Part shown: positions 27,319 to 41,450 of the stretch, piece by piece
Layout of the letters: every line of letters begins with the position of its first letter
How positions within the stretch are numbered: position 1 is the first letter of the stretch
Assembly (NCBI GenBank): GCA_024679065.1
Contig: JAGIQG010000008.1
Location: forward strand, 27,466,001 to 27,530,000
Direction: 5' to 3'
From: Sphyrna mokarran
Lineage: Eukaryota
Length of the DNA stretch: 64,000 nucleotides
Translations under genes and position numbers: made by a program
Notes under the pieces: model-generated
What the model was told of the DNA's origin: nothing
Seen by the model: only the letters and a program-made list of their open reading frames with translations
The model's database searches: none

Positions 27319-29014
27319 ACCACTCTAATGCGATTTAACATTTAGCTCTATTAAAAGAAGAAAACCATTCATTCATTTTACAAAATAATAAACAGAAATA
27401 TCAATAAAACCCATATGAATGGCTTTTTAATTATTTGTTTTCATATGCCTTACAATATCAAAGATGTTTTTAATCATTTCACGTGTGTGGAATTCCTGTA
27501 GCATTATGAACATTGTGAACAAGTAAATATGTAGGCCACATTCTGCCTCTTCTAATGCTGACATCAAATGTTCAGAAACAAACAAAATCAACTCTTCCAG
27601 ATATTGATCTGGAGAAGGTAATGGTACACAATAAGTAGGAGAAAAGAGTAATAATGTCACATGTGATAGGTTAGAACAGATGTTCAGGTAGACAGTCCGC
27701 TTGATTCAAAAAACTGATAGCAATAACTACAGTGGTACATTACTACATTCATGTTGTCCCAAGGGCAAACATTTTTAGTCTCTTTCGGCTTATTTGTGTT
27801 GAGGGATAACTAAACAGCTATTCCGTTGCACGTCAACAATCCACTCCTGGTGCATTTTCTAAATGTATTGACAATATCTGTAGAGACATGTGTGACATTA
27901 CTTGTCCTTGCTGACAAAGCAGGATAGCATCTTTTAAGTTAGGGATGGGACAGAACAGGTTTATATCATAAGTAGAATATGATTTTGTTTTACATACTTT
28001 TTCAGCATTGATCTGACAACAGCTACAGTACATTTTACAAACAGCACAATATGATGAAAAATGATTAAGTGGCACAGCAACGTGTTTCTAATTATATTTC
28101 AAAAATGCCCTTTTGCTGCAATTTTACATAGAGCGTATTTACATTCCTATGTGAAAATGCCAACTTCTTCCCTGTTTTACAAACATGATATCAGCCCACA
28201 TCTACAAAAAGATGGAGATCAGCCTCCTTCCACAATTTTTCTTAACTCAGTAAGATTCAAAATGGTGTGAAAGGGTTACAATAATAGCAACATTATAAGA
28301 ATAGCATTAGAATGCCCAAAAACTTCAAAATATTATTTTTTTATAAATGGCAAAGTGGCAACATGGGCTTAATAATATGGCGAGTGGAGGGGTGGGTGGA
28401 ATACAACCCTTTTCCCTTCCTTACCCCCGGAAACAACACTGGTACAACATGCTGACCTACCACACAGTACTCTGAGGTAGGTTAATAAGGATCAAGTGGG
28501 ACTACCGACCCTCAGTGGGGCGCAAGGCCCACCTCTATAGCTGCTGGCCAATCTAACTGGCTAAAAAGTCCATCAATCCCAGCAGCACCTAAAAAGGTGT
28601 CAGTGGCAGATGCCAGGACTACTGGAGAAGCAAAAGAGCAAAGCTCACAGATCCAAGCAGCAGGTAAATCCAGAGTTTTGGGCTGGTCACACTAATGTTT
28701 TATGGTGTGGGTAGTATATTAACAGGATCAACTAGTTTGGCAATAAGCCTAATCGATAGTTGATTATTCATTTAAATATGGCAGGCAAGTGGCCAACTGT
28801 GCCACCTGCACACTCCTCATATTGTGGTGGAGAGCTCTCAGGTGGGCAGGAAGGTGTTGGAATGGCATCTGCCCTATTTTACATGCCCCTCCCCATTTCC
28901 TCAGAAAACAGACCCTTCTGTTCCTTTCACCTACCAAAAGTTAAACACCAACCCTATGCTTTCAGTGTTTCAGCATTCGTCTCCTTAAATTTTAGAAAAT
29001 ATTCACAAACTCAC

Positions 29015-29410
29015 AATCATAGAATCCTGACAGTGCAGAAGGAAGTCTCACAACACCAGGCTGAAGTCCAGTTTATTTGGTAGTAATCATACAAGTTTTT
29101 GGAAATGCTGTTTCTCTGTCAGGTGTGGAACACCGTTTCCGAAAGCTTGTCGGATTACTGTCAAATAAATTGGTTGGAATTTAACCTGGTTTGAGAGACT
29201 TATTACTGTGTTTAGCCCACTCCAAAGCTGGCATCTCTACATCATGACTACCATCGACATTCAGAAGGAGGCCATTCAGCACATCAAGTCTGCACCAATG
29301 ACAATCACATCCAAGTCCTATTCCCCACATGTCCATTCTGTAATCCCCTGACACTAAGGGGCAACTAAGCATGGCCAATCAACCTAACTTGCACATCTTT
29401 GGACTGTGGA
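29015..29410 (-). mobile_element. HE1/V-SINE interrupted by a PLE insertion
   Basis: The SINE tail catagaatcctgacagtgcagaagga|ggccattcagc is split by the insert. Confidence 0.8.
29044..29261 (+). mobile_element. Penelope-like fold-back mini-element, copy 1
   Basis: Inverted arms agtctcacaacaccagg...tttatttgg / caaataaa...aacctggtttgagagact plus a one-sided tail. TSD cagaagga at 29036-29043 and 29262-29269. Confidence 0.8.
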
Positions 29411-29847
29411 GGAAACACACACAGATACGGAAAGAACAAAATAAAATATTTTCACAATTTTTCTGTGACATTTTGTGGCAATCAGTCCACCACGGGAAGG
29501 AAATTCAAATACTCTTGCATAACCTCTCCCAGTGAAAAAACGTTGAGGCATATAAAAGCTGTCCCACTGCTTTTATATTCGAGAAATGTTATGTAGGAAG
29601 GCTAAAAAGGCAATATAAATAAATAACGTTCGACAGGTGCAAGAAACAGAAGTTTAAGTATTTAGCAATTACTCCGTATTCAACCTACTTTCCAAATGTC
29701 ACCAATTTTAGTAAGACTTTTGTGGCACAATTGTAACTTTCTTTCCTTACAGCCTAATGTTAGTATTAAAAACAAATATCCATCAGCACGAGAACACAAA
29801 ATGCCATCACTGCAAAATTTTTTCATCAAATATAGAACCAATGAAGG

Positions 29848-30718
29848 GGCAACATGATGGTATAGTGGTTATACCACCTGCCTCCAACTGCCACAGGTTC
29901 AATTCCCATCTCAGGTCACTGTCCAATCCCCGTATCTGCAAGGGTTTCCTCCGCATGCTCCAGTTTCCTCCATATTTATTGGTAGAGGGATTGAATTTCA
30001 GAGCCGTGAGGTCATGTTGCAACTGTACAAAACTCTGGTGCGGCCGCACTTGGAGTATTGCGTACAGTTCTGGTCGCCACATTATAGGAAAGATGTGGAG
30101 GCATTGGAAAGGGTGCAGAGGAGGTTTATCAGGATGTTGCCTGGTATGGTGGAAGATCTTATGAGGAAAGGCTGAGGGACTTGAGGTTATTTTCGTTAGA
30201 GAGAACAAGGTTAAGAGGTGACCTAGTTGAAGCATACAAGATGATCAGAGGGTTAGATAGGGTGGACAGTGAGAGTCTTTTTCTTCGGATGGTGATGGCT
30301 AACACGAGGGGACATAGCTTTAAATTAAGGGGTGGTAGTTATAGGATGGATATCAGAGGTAAGTTCTTTACTCAGAAGGTAGTAAGGGCATGGAATGTCC
30401 TGCCTGCAGCAGTTGTGGACTCACCAACTTTAAGGGCATTCAAATGGTCAATGGATAGGCATATGGAAAACATTGGAATAGTTTAGGTTAGGGGGTCGTT
30501 AGATTGGTTCCACTGGCAACATTGAGGGCCGAAAGGCCTGTACTATGCTGTAATGTTCTATATTCACAGTCCAAAGATATGTGGCTTAGGTTGATTGGCC
30601 ATGCTAAATTGCCCCTTAGTGTCAGGTTAAATACGTGGACTTAAGGGGATAGGCTCTGGGTGGGATTGCTGTCAGTGTAGGCTCGATGGGCCAAATGGCC
30701 TCTTTCTGCACTGTATGA
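29848..30718 (+). mobile_element. HE1/V-SINE split by a CR1 insertion
   Basis: Head at 29848-29972 (..ggtttcctccgcatgctccagtttcctcc) resumes at about 30563 (cacagtccaaagatatgtggcttaggttgattggcc). Confidence 0.8.
29976..30562 (+). mobile_element. Relatively young 5'-truncated CR1 (HER1-like) LINE 3' end
   Basis: Reads LYKTLVRPHLEYCVQFWSPHYRKDVEALERVQRRF and LFSLERTRLRGDLVEAYKMIRGLDRVD...TRGHSFKL...FFTQKVVRAWN. Tail gggccgaaaggcctgtactatgctgtaatgttcta. Confidence 0.95.
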
Positions 30719-31614
30719 TGGCACCACGTGAATATACCTGATTTGTAACTTTCTGTAAATACAAATAAGGATGTACACAGTTAATAGCCACTTTGATCAA
30801 AGGAATGTGTGTTTAAAGAGAAGATTCGATTAGCCATTGATTTACTCCTTGCACAACACACTGTACAGTGTTTTCATAATGAAAACAATTAGGATAGGGA
30901 AAATTAATATTCTTGAACTGTTCACATTAAAAGGCTTCTGTTTTTTTTAATGAATGCAGCTAAACTTTCCTGCTTGCTTACAAATTACATTGATTTTGTA
31001 CTTATATACAAACAAGCAGAATTATATTAATGAATACGATAAAATACCTTGGAATTTGCATATAATTTAAGACACTGATGTATTTTGTTTTCTTCGCTAC
31101 GCATTTGAAGGACACTAAAACCATTTTGTATCAAGTCTGACATGATTCAATACTTTTATTCCTTTTCTGAAAGCTTCAAACTTGAGTTCAGTAAAAGAAA
31201 ATATACAGCGGGATTGGTATGACAACAAAAAATGTTGGTTCCCTCTTAATTATTATTAAAAGCAATATTTAAAGTAAATGCAAAGAATCGCTATGTTGAA
31301 TGAACTTTCCTCCAACTTGTGCATGATTTGAGCTGAGCCAGCAAACAGCAAATGGACAAAACCAAGAATGTCACAAGGCAACAACACTGAAAGAAGGACA
31401 CAGAAAGGCAGCAATAGTAGAAAAAAAAAGAAATAAGTAAGGAAAGAAACAAGAAGTAACAAAAAATACTCTTCATGTCAGCATGATTGTGCTGCACTAA
31501 TAAATTGCAGACATGGGAGTCCCAACATTCATCAAGTAAAAGCTTCTGACAATATAAATTTGAAATACACAAAGGAATAGCATAACAGGAGAGGATAGAA
31601 AAGTTTTTTTAAAA

Positions 31615-31905
31615 AATGTTTTTTCATTTGTGTCCCAAACAGACTTACATTAACACTGCAATCAAGTTACTGTGAAAATCCCCTCATCGTCATACTCCAG
31701 CACCTGTTCAGGTACACCGAGGGAGAATGGAGCATAGCCAATACATCTAATCAACACATCTTTTGGACTGTTGGAGGAAACTGCAGTACTAGAAGAAATC
31801 CACACAGACATGGGGAGAACATGCAAACTTCGCACAGACAGTGACCCAAGGCAGGAATGGAACCTGTGTGTTTGGCATGATGAGGCAGCGATGTTAAGCA
31901 TTGTG
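31615..31905 (-). mobile_element. tRNA-derived V-SINE
   Basis: acattaacactgcaatcaagttactgtgaaaatcccc...acatgcaaacttcgcacagacagtgacccaagg. Confidence 0.85.
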
Positions 31906-34900
31906 CATGTGTATTTCATCCACTTACAAAACTATATTTTTTAAAACTTGTGGAAATTGCGAATAGTTTAAGGTCACTCAGTTGTATAATTTTTGGTCAA
32001 ATGGATTCTATTTTATTTTTGACTCTGAGCCATAGAATCCAAAACTGTACCAGTAATAGTCTCACCGCAAATAGCTGTGCAGAGCTATGCCTGGCATCAC
32101 TGCCCAAGCCTGGGGTGAAGGAGTCATATGTGTCTGAGTTCCCATTTTCAATCATCCTTTGCATGCTGCTGTTGGCCAAGAAGAGGTATGGTTGTAACAG
32201 GCCTACATACTAACAAACAAATTGTACACTGGAAGTATCTGTTCAATCAATACTTGTGGAAAAGCCTCCCGAATCAACGTTTTTACCAATGAATCTACAC
32301 CCAAAGTAGAAGTTACACCTTTATTAAAGGTAAAGGCAGATCATTGGAATAGAAACAGAATAGAAAACCTTTTATATGCACTTTCCATTGAAACCAACAT
32401 TTTAAAATCTAAACACTTAATTGAATCATACATACATATTCTTGTGAAGTTAGCACTGTTGCTTTTTCCCCATAATGCTTGCTGGGAGTTTCTGGCCCTG
32501 CCATGGGCGCATATGACAAGCCAGCCAAAAGTCCACTCACTTTCTGCATGGCTGGAAGAGCCTGGCAGGAGGTGGGACCACAAAATCTCAGCCAGTATCT
32601 AACAGATACTAAGAAAGAACACCCAAGGAAAAGTAAATACAGTTAGGAATTGTTGAATCCATTTACCTTGTCAGCATATATTTGTAATCACATGTCCCAT
32701 CATGTACTCGTCACTCCTCCAACAGAAGCTGATGCTTCATTATTGTGTTGCTGAGCTTCAGAGCTATTTCCCAAATTCACTTCACTGAGCCAACACGCCC
32801 GCTCTTGAAAATACACTTAAAAACGTTTTCTGTTGCTCCAGCCTCCATCCCTACTTACACAGTCTGTTAAGTCTTCTGCTCAGCATTCTTTTCAGTTTCT
32901 TGTAATGCACACCAAACTTTCCTTCCTGTGAAGGACACGATGTAAATGCGCAACTAGCAACTGAAAAGGTTTTGCATTTTGCAAATTAGACAGACAGTGA
33001 TCCACAGTACAATACTGGATGATGAGTTAAAGTTAATCTTCAAAAAGTGGTCAAGAAAATATATCTTAAATGACAAAAGATTACAGCAAGAAAAATGTCA
33101 CTAAACCATCCAAATGCCACGACAAATTTATTTCATATTATACCACAAACGTATGTTGAACTTGCAGCCAGATTTTAATGTTAAGGTGCAAAGTTCGGGT
33201 CAGAAAATCTCCTGGTGGGCTGAGTGCCAGGTATTTTACCTTCTTCCATTACAAGTAGGGTGGGGGAGGGGTCTGAATCCACGTTTTCAATGACAGTTTT
33301 AAGAGGCTATCAAAGGATTAGCTGCCTTTGGTGTGGCTGCAGATTACAAGTTTGTTTTTGTAACAGATTGAATGCTTAAGGGGATTTAAAATCTCAAAAC
33401 ATGTTTCATGAATGTTGTTTGAGTAAGAATCCTATTGAATTGTTAGAAGTTTATTTTTTTTATCATTCATCTCCAGATGGTTTCTGAGGGCTGCCCATAA
33501 TGGAAGCTAGATGAGTGATTATGGAGGTGCATAGATGGAATGAAATGACATCCGGCCTGCTGAGAGAAAGAGGGCCCAACAGCCTTTTATAAAAAGGAAG
33601 CCAAAGTTGCAAATTCACACTCCGTCTCTTCCCCGCGAGCAAAAATAGATCTGCCAGGAACGGGAGCAGGATTTTAAAGGCCTCCAGAACTAGTCAGATT
33701 CTGTGAAAATCCTGTTCTAGGTCTTCTTGGTTTAACAAATGCAAGTTCATCATTGTGCTTCCCTCCTTATTTTAAAGTCAACACTTGAAACATCTGGTTA
33801 ATATACAATTACTTCCAAGGATCATTGATGTTAAAAAATCTACTAGTCACCAAGTGCAATCACAAGACGTAACAATCTGCGACTATGTTATTCTAGTTGC
33901 AAAGTGAACAGTTCATTTGTATTTTCAACTTATGACTGTTATAAAGTTAGAATTGCTGACAAAACAACTCTAACTAAATCCTGTCTGATGTAAAACAATC
34001 AACTTGAATATTCTATTCCAAGAATGTCACATGAACAGTATTTTAAATAGGGTGCAAAAGATATAAATTATCACGGAATTAATACAAAACTGTTTCGTAA
34101 ACTATTGCAAGCAGATCCTAATATAAACTATACTCTGACAAGATAGAAAATAAACTGATGTTAGAGGGGATGAGTAATAAAATAATTCCCCTTTAAACAA
34201 TTATACCTGAGCATATATTAAACAAACATGCTGCATCAAAATAAACTAATAATCATGAAATTACAGTTTTTGAACTAATCAGAAAACAAAGTTTAAATTC
34301 AAACAAATTTACTTGGCAAAATAATTGTTGAAAAACTGCATCTCTTCAGCAGGGTCCTAATTACAGTATGTCATTTTGTATTTTTCATTTTGTAAAATGG
34401 TATCTGATATCTATTTGTAATATAACAAAATGAGTGTGTGAATTTCTAGCTCTTGAACATCTGTTCAAAAAGCCGTAGAATGGTTAATTCTTTACCCAAC
34501 ATGGTCAACTCTACATGGAGATGATACAAAGCTTTGACCATAGAACAATATAATTGTGCCATAACATCATATGCAAAATTCTTAAAAATCAAAACATTCA
34601 AGCAATTCTCAGCTATGTTATTCTAACAATATGCACACAAGATATTACATTTAGGTTCTGATTCACTTAACTAGAAGTCAGCTCAAGGGATTTAACACAA
34701 GGTTTCTATAAATTAAAAAAATAAAACTAAGGCAGCTACTGGAAAATAACAATACACTTCGATACACAAACTATTAACAATCTGAAATTTAATGCAAATC
34801 GAATATGGAGCCAAATGGACAAAAGCATAAGTAGAAATGAACAAAACAATCTGAGGAAATCTGAAAACAGACGCAAGTTTAATTTTGCAGAAATTTAAAA

Positions 34901-36110
34901 TTATCTTTGTTATAGAAGAATACCATTCATTAATGCACCAGCATATTTGAATTACACTTCCTTTCTTTCTCAATAACATAATAGTAAATAATAAATAATA
35001 CGACATATAAATTGAAAAGAAAGACTTTTTTTTATATATACACACACAAACATATATAATGGGACAAAAGAGTGGGACATTTTCAATTTGACAAGAGTAC
35101 TTAACTGATTCAGTTATACAATAAGGTGCATTGCATTCCTTAAACTGTACAAATAAAGTGTGAAGCAAGATGTTAAACCATAGAATTTGTAATTGACTTT
35201 CCATGAGCAATTGTCATTGCTTGACTTGTGAATGCATTTGTCCCAAGTCACCTTCCAATGTGGTGGGATTTCATTGTCTTGCAGCATTTTGTGAGCGATC
35301 AACATGTTTTACATGTGAGCTTTAAGCTACAATACAATATTTTCAAAATTGCAATACTTACTGGATGTCTTAGAAATCTAAATTGATTCTCTGCGGAAGA
35401 AGGTAAAAGTATAGTTGGAAATTGTATGAACAACTGCTGCTACCTTGAACAGCATGACACAACAAGTGTGATTCTTCGATTTATTTGTCTACAAGACTAC
35501 TGTAGAAGATATGAAAAATATCATACAATTAGCACTAAATTATAAATTATTCTATAATAATTGTACTCATAATAAAAAGTATATGGAAACAAAACTACCT
35601 TGGACGCGCATAGCCAGAGGTCGCAGGACCGGTGGATAAGATTGTTCAGGTGGCATGCAGGATAATTGAGGCGTAGAATAGAGATTATGCTAGAATGCTC
35701 TCGTGAATGGAAAACTTTAGCAATAAGGAAAGACTGGATGGGCTGGGATTTGTGTTGGAACAGAGGCTGAGAATTTTATTGAGGTGTATACAACGAGAGG
35801 CCTAGATAAAGTGGATAGGCAGTACCTATTTGTCCAAGCAGAGAGGTAGCGAGCATTTAGAAAATCACAATGCAATCAAGTAGAACCAGCATAGTTTTAT
35901 AAAAGGAAAATCATGTTTGACAAAATTGTTAAAGTTCTTTGAGAATGTAGAAAAACAGAACAGATAAAGGCATACCAACAGATGTAGTGTATTTGAATTT
36001 CCAAAAAGCATTTGATAAGGTGCTATATAAACGATTCCTATGCAAGTGCTCATGGCATTGGGATAACATATTAGCATAAAGAGAGGTTTGGTTAACATAT
36101 AGAAAACAGA

Positions 36111-36482
36111 TGTGCACCAGGTGAGTAGATCTTCCAGAGGGGAGAGGACCATGCTGAGGTACCACCTGGCACTCATGTGACACTAACTGACTATGCTTAG
36201 TGCTGGGGGGCAATGCCCAAGTAGTGCCAGGGGTGGTTCCAGGATAAGTTAGTTTCTTCACTCTGCACTGAAGCGACCTTTAAAAATGGTCCCCTCCCTA
36301 TCATCATGCTTCTAAGTTGCTGGCAGGGCAGGTGAATCAGAGGCTACTTTGCCAGTGCAACATGGAATCCATAGTTCTGAGGTTTTTTTTTAAAAAGTGC
36401 AGCACAATTTGGCAGAGAAAGGTACTGATGGCTTCAACACCGTTTTTCTCACTAACATCCAATATCAGAGAAAATCCTGGCC
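36111..36482. mobile_element. Truncated MITE-like insertion in CR1
   Basis: Splits the CR1 sequence agaaaacaga|gagtcaagataaatggg. Ends in TIR-like gagaaaatcctggcc. Confidence 0.55.
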
Positions 36483-36889
36483 GGAGTCAAGATAAATGGG
36501 TCATTTTCAGGTTAACAAACAATAACAAGTGTGGGGTTGGTTGGGTGGGGGTGGGCGGGGGGGCTGTGCAGGGTGGTGGCATTGTTTGAACTATTTACAG
36601 TCTATGTTATTGATTTGGATGAAGGGACAGAATGCATTATAATCAAATTTGCTGCCAAAACAAAAGTAGCTGTGAAAGCAAGTTGCAAGGAAGACATAAA
36701 AAGGTCTGCAAAGAGTTATACATTGGTTAAATGAGTGGGTAAAGATTTGACAAATGGAATAATCTGAAGATTAGAAAAGCAAAACATTACTGAAGTGGAA
36801 ATAGTCTACAGAATGCTCCATTACAGAGAGACCTCAGTATCATCTTTCACAAATCAAGAAATGTTAGCAGGTACACGAGCAAATAATTA

Positions 36890-37072
36890 TGATGTGGAGA
36901 TGCTGGCATTGGACTGGGGTAGGCACAGTAAGAAGTCTCACAACGCCAGGTTAAAATCCAATAGGTTTATTTGGTGGCATGAGCTTTCAGAGCACTGTCC
37001 CTTTTTCACTCACCTGAAAGTCCGAAAGCTCGTGCTACCAAATAAACCTGTTGGATTTTAGCCTGCTGTTTT
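36890..37072 (-). mobile_element. Penelope-like fold-back mini-element, copy 2
   Basis: The tail gatgtggagatgctggcattggactgggg is on the left. Inverted arms ccaataggtttatttggtggcatgagctttc / gaaagctcgtgctaccaaataaacctgttgg. TSD-like aaataatta (36881-36889) / aagtaatta (37073-37081). Confidence 0.8.
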
Positions 37073-39439
37073 AAGTAATTACGAAGGCTATGGTAATATC
37101 AGTCTTTGCTGGAAGATGGCTAGAGTTTAAAAATAGTAGGGAAATCTGATTACAAATGTACAGGACATTGGTGAGACGACATCTAGAGTACTGTGTATGG
37201 TTCTCTAGCCTCCTTATCCAAGGTAGAGTAGACTTACATTTGAAGCAGCTCAGAGGAGGTTCACTTGGAGTTGTCTTATGAGGAATATTTGAACAGGGTT
37301 TGGCCTAAACACACTGGAATTGAAAAGAATGAGAACAGATCTTATGGAACATGTAGAATTCTCAGGAGGCTTGACAGTGTCGATGCTGAGAGGAAGATTC
37401 CCCTCATCATGGAATCTAGAAGTAGAGGGCACAGTTTCAGAATTAATGATCTCCCACATAATACAGAGATGGGAAAGAATTTCTTCTCCCAGAGGATCAT
37501 TAATCTTTGGAAATCTCTACCTCTAGGTTGGATAGCTTCTTTTTCCACAAACAGACACAAGGGATTGAATGGCTCCCTTTTTGCAATATAAATTTTGAAA
37601 AATCCTGCGTTGTTTTAGTTTTTAAGCATTGTCCATCCCTAATGTTGTAGTTTTCAGCAGACATTGAGGTGGAACTTCCTGTATATTTTAGCCAGAAACT
37701 TTGGAAATGGGGCATTAAATGAAGTATTAGCATTAAAAAAAAATCAAAGAAATTTGAGCACATACATATTGCACATAGAATTTTTCCTTGTTTTTTTAAT
37801 GACAGATCTATAAACCACTGTCCCCAAATACATCCCAAATCATTACAATGACTGTGATGCATACTTGTGAATTTTCTGCAATTACACCAGTTCAAAATTT
37901 GCATGCGTTAAGAAAACAGATGAGAAGATGAAAAAAGTGATAAAGGGACCAGACCCAGGATTGGAAAGAAAGAGCACAAAGAGGCCCACGCAGAAGGTGA
38001 ATGAGTGATATCAGATATGCTTAAAAAAAACTGCCAGTTGATCAGGGCGAGGTGAGAGGAGGAATTGAATACTTGAAAATTCAACACTTGTTGATAAACG
38101 TGCAGAAAGAAAGATCGGTTACTGAGGCATGTTGCTTATATTTTTGTTGTATTGCACTGACTCAATATCATATTGGGCTTTTCTGTCTAATCAGCAGAAT
38201 AAAAATTGTCAATATTAAGAGAAGATGGGGAGTGACGGAGATCCTGATAATTGTATGGAAGTGATGATAAATAGAAATCCCAACCCTGAATCAGAATTTG
38301 GAACAGAATGTAAAACTCCTGGCATGAAAATATGGCTCAGAGATTTTTAAACCTGCAGACAATAATGTGAAATAGAGATGCCTTGCCATCTCTGAGACCT
38401 AATTGTTGCAAGGCAAAATTTATATGGGGATGGGGAGGGGGTACTTGCTTAATTGGGAAGGTGGTGCAAGATATTTACACCTGTAAATGATAGCAAACAC
38501 ATCTGTATTGACTGTTGGTCTTCAGATCTCACAGGGGGATGTTAGCAATGTCAGGGCTTTATAAATGGTTAAACTTTGAACTATTAAATTCTGAGATAAA
38601 ACAGAGTTGGAGACTCTAAAGGATAGTTAATTAGCATTTGCACCTAGGTGATTAACATTAACAATAGATGGGGTTTAGGAAGAAGTCATCAATATCGGAT
38701 GATGAGTTTCATAAGACACCACTGAAAATGTCAGGCAGCAAAAGAACAGAAAGATATAGTCAGCCAATACAGCAACTAAAGCAGGGAAAGTGCCACCTTT
38801 AGAATCTACCATGCAGAAGTTGAGTAGGAACGTGCACTCAGACTGAACAAATTTAGTGAGGATTTAAATTAGGCTGGAATATTTGCCTACGTCTGGCTAG
38901 GAGGAGGAATCCCTAGAGCAACTATGAAAGACAGTCCTGGGATTAGGAGCTAGCCAATTGGGAAAAAGAATAGGAAGCAGGCCACTGGGCGCAGAAATAG
39001 CTTTAGACTGGTTCCGGGAGAATAAAAGGATCTGCTTAAGGACAGAGTAAGCATAACCATGATGCGAGATTGTTGGTTGTGCTTAAAATCAAATGGGAAA
39101 ATATTTCCTCAGTTTGAAATATAAATTTCCCACAAAAATGGTGTTACTCAATATTGCTGCTAGTTTGATTACAGTTAAAATTCTCAAACTTGAAATCTTG
39201 TTGTGTGAGCTTTGCAGTCGATCACTGGAATTCAAATCTTTTTAAAAAAGTTATTGGTCTCTGTAGGGACAGGATCACAATGTAAACATCACTACATCCA
39301 TCTTACATATAACAAAAAGATGTTACAATATCATTCTCTGCTTCAGTATCTTATTATGACTGTATTTACAGAAGAGCATCCACTATTGCACCAGTGACAA
39401 TGTATTTATTTCCCACATCTACCATTTTATTATACTGTT

Positions 39440-39545
39440 AAGTTACAATAGCAACAATACTTTGAAAGTACTTCACTGCTTACAAAGTGCTTTGGGACAG
39501 CCCAAGGTTGTGAAGGGCATTATATAAATGTAAATTCTTTTTTTC
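39440..39545 (+). mobile_element. Deu-SINE/L2-type 3' tail
   Basis: aagtacttcactgcttacaaagtgctttgggacagcccaaggttgtgaagggcattatataaatgtaaattcttt, similar to 42510-42587. Confidence 0.65.
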
Positions 39546-40332
39546 CATTGGACATCTGCACATAATCTGGATTTAGTCTTGTGCACCCTTACATACTAAA
39601 ACATAAATCAAAACTACTACGTCTACACCATGTAAGAAATTTGCAGTCAGCAGGCGAGACACTCTATTTGGCTAAATTTACATTTATTAGGTTTGTAAAC
39701 ACAAACAGTTACATTTGATTGCCATGGCAATTCATTCCAATACAGTTTTCATTTTCAAAAACCCTATGGCACTCTTCATGGCTTCAATAACGCATGCAAT
39801 CTTACCCCCAGGTTATTCTCCACTTACTAGTTTCAGCACACAGCTCTGCACCCAGCCACTGTGGTTTCTTGGAAACAACTGGCTGGTATTAAGGAGAGGG
39901 ATGAGAAAGAATTGAGCCCCAATTCCCTTCCCTTATTGTCTGTAATCAAAATGTTTTTGTGTGCCTTAACCCCCGAGTGTATGGTCAAGTGGAGTAGCCA
40001 ACAGCAAGCTTTTGCAGAAAAAAGGATTATTTATTCATGCATTCATCCTGAATGTCTAAACACTATTGGCAGAATTCTCTCATTTTTACACCCAGTCTAA
40101 AGCTAAGGGACAGCTCCGGCAATGCCCTATCAGCAAAATAATTCTTTGTATTAGGTGCCCTAAAAATCAGATTCCCTGAACTGCCCCCGCCTTTGCAGAA
40201 CTCTCCATCCTTCCTGCGGAATTCTTGCTCCCTGGCACTGCCTGGACCCAACAGGCTATACTCACCTGCGCACCCCTGGCTCGCCAAGTGCACTTCAGGA
40301 CAGGAAATCCACCGGCATAAATCACATTTTAA

Positions 40333-40490
40333 GAATGTGCAAGTTAGGTTGATTGGCCATGCTAAATTGCTAAAGTGTCAGGGAGATTAGCAGGGTAAAT
40401 ACTTGAGGTTACAGCCTGGGTGGAATTGTTATCAGTGCAGGCTCAATGGGCCAAATGGCTTCCTTCTGCACTGTAAGGATTCTCTACTGA
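40333..40490 (+). mobile_element. HE1/V-SINE 3' half
   Basis: gttaggttgattggccatgctaaattgc...gggccaaatggcttccttctgcactgtaaggattct. Confidence 0.85.
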
Positions 40491-40887
40491 TTTCCCATTC
40501 CTGCCACCAATCCCACCTATCTAAAACTGGAATGGTAAATGTACTTATCACACTCTCACACTCACATAATCAAGAAAATACAAAAATTTCAAATAGATAC
40601 TGCACTTTTACAATTTATAAACAAAAGACTAGTTTATAGTTCACACGTTAGGCTGGTCACAGGAAAACCAGTTGTTGAGAGCTCATTTGCACTTTGAACA
40701 GGCAGTTTGTGTGGTTTCAATAGCTGGAGCTGTAAATCAGGTATTATGGTAAGGTTACTTTGTAAAGATGGATTTCAATATGTCACAAATTTGGTCACAA
40801 AGTTTTCTTACCAAACGATCAGATTTCTATACAGGTGGACTTGGAATAGGAATCAAGCTGTAAGACTTTAAAAGTGAGCAGTCAGAG

Positions 40888-41030
40888 AGTAGAATAGAAT
40901 CATGGAATCCAAACAGCGCAGAAGGAAGTAGCTGGCCCATCAAGTCTGTATCAATCACATTTCCACCTAGGCTCTATCCCTATAACCCCACATATCTACC
41001 CCTTGACACTAAAGGGGCATCTAACCAATC
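40888..41030 (-). mobile_element. HE1/V-SINE 3' fragment
   Basis: tagaatagaatcatggaatcc...ggcccatcaagtctg...ccttgacactaaagggg. Confidence 0.7.
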
Positions 41031-41335
41031 TCCAGGTTTAAAAAAGTATTAGTGCTTGATCTGCAGCTAGTAATTTTCACTGGGTGTTCTTTGCAGACTG
41101 ACCAATTCTTCCCTGGTTCTTGGGATAATTATTTATCCAAAGACAGTTTCAATCGCATGATCAACTGCTACTGAGAACAGTTTGGAAGTCTCAATCCATT
41201 GCTACATAATGGGAGATAGGTCATTCATGCCTACTTGTGGTTAAATGGTTCCAGAGCTGTCTTGCTAAGTTTTGGACTTGGCAATGTGAAGTCTGGAAGT
41301 CTATTCACTAACTTTTGGGTAAAGCACAACAAAAG

Positions 41336-41450
41336 GAGCAGGATTTTCCGGTTATGCTTGCCCCAAGGAAAGAAAGTCTGCTCGAGGAGTTTTGCTACGA
41401 TTCCTGAGGCAGACGGGATTGGAGGGTTTTATCCTAGGTGAAAATTCCCC
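41336..41450. mobile_element. Short MITE related to 11932-12065
   Basis: Shares ttttcc.gt.atgcttgccccaagg and tgctacgattc.tg.ggcag with the 11932 copy. Confidence 0.65.

Larger units (their letters stand above)
35620..37550 (+). mobile_element. CR1 LINE fragments with nested MITE and PLE
   Basis: gaatttccaaaaagcatttgataaggtg encodes DFQKAFDKV-like sequence. Also LFTVYVIDLDEGTECIIIKFAAKTK and SRGHSFRI...FFSQRIINLWKSLP. Confidence 0.85.

Noticed and set aside
34713-35210. 165-aa minus-strand ORF, the longest without N
   Set aside because: Low-complexity F/I/L/Y/C-rich translation of AT-rich DNA spanning a TA/CA microsatellite, with no recognisable domain.
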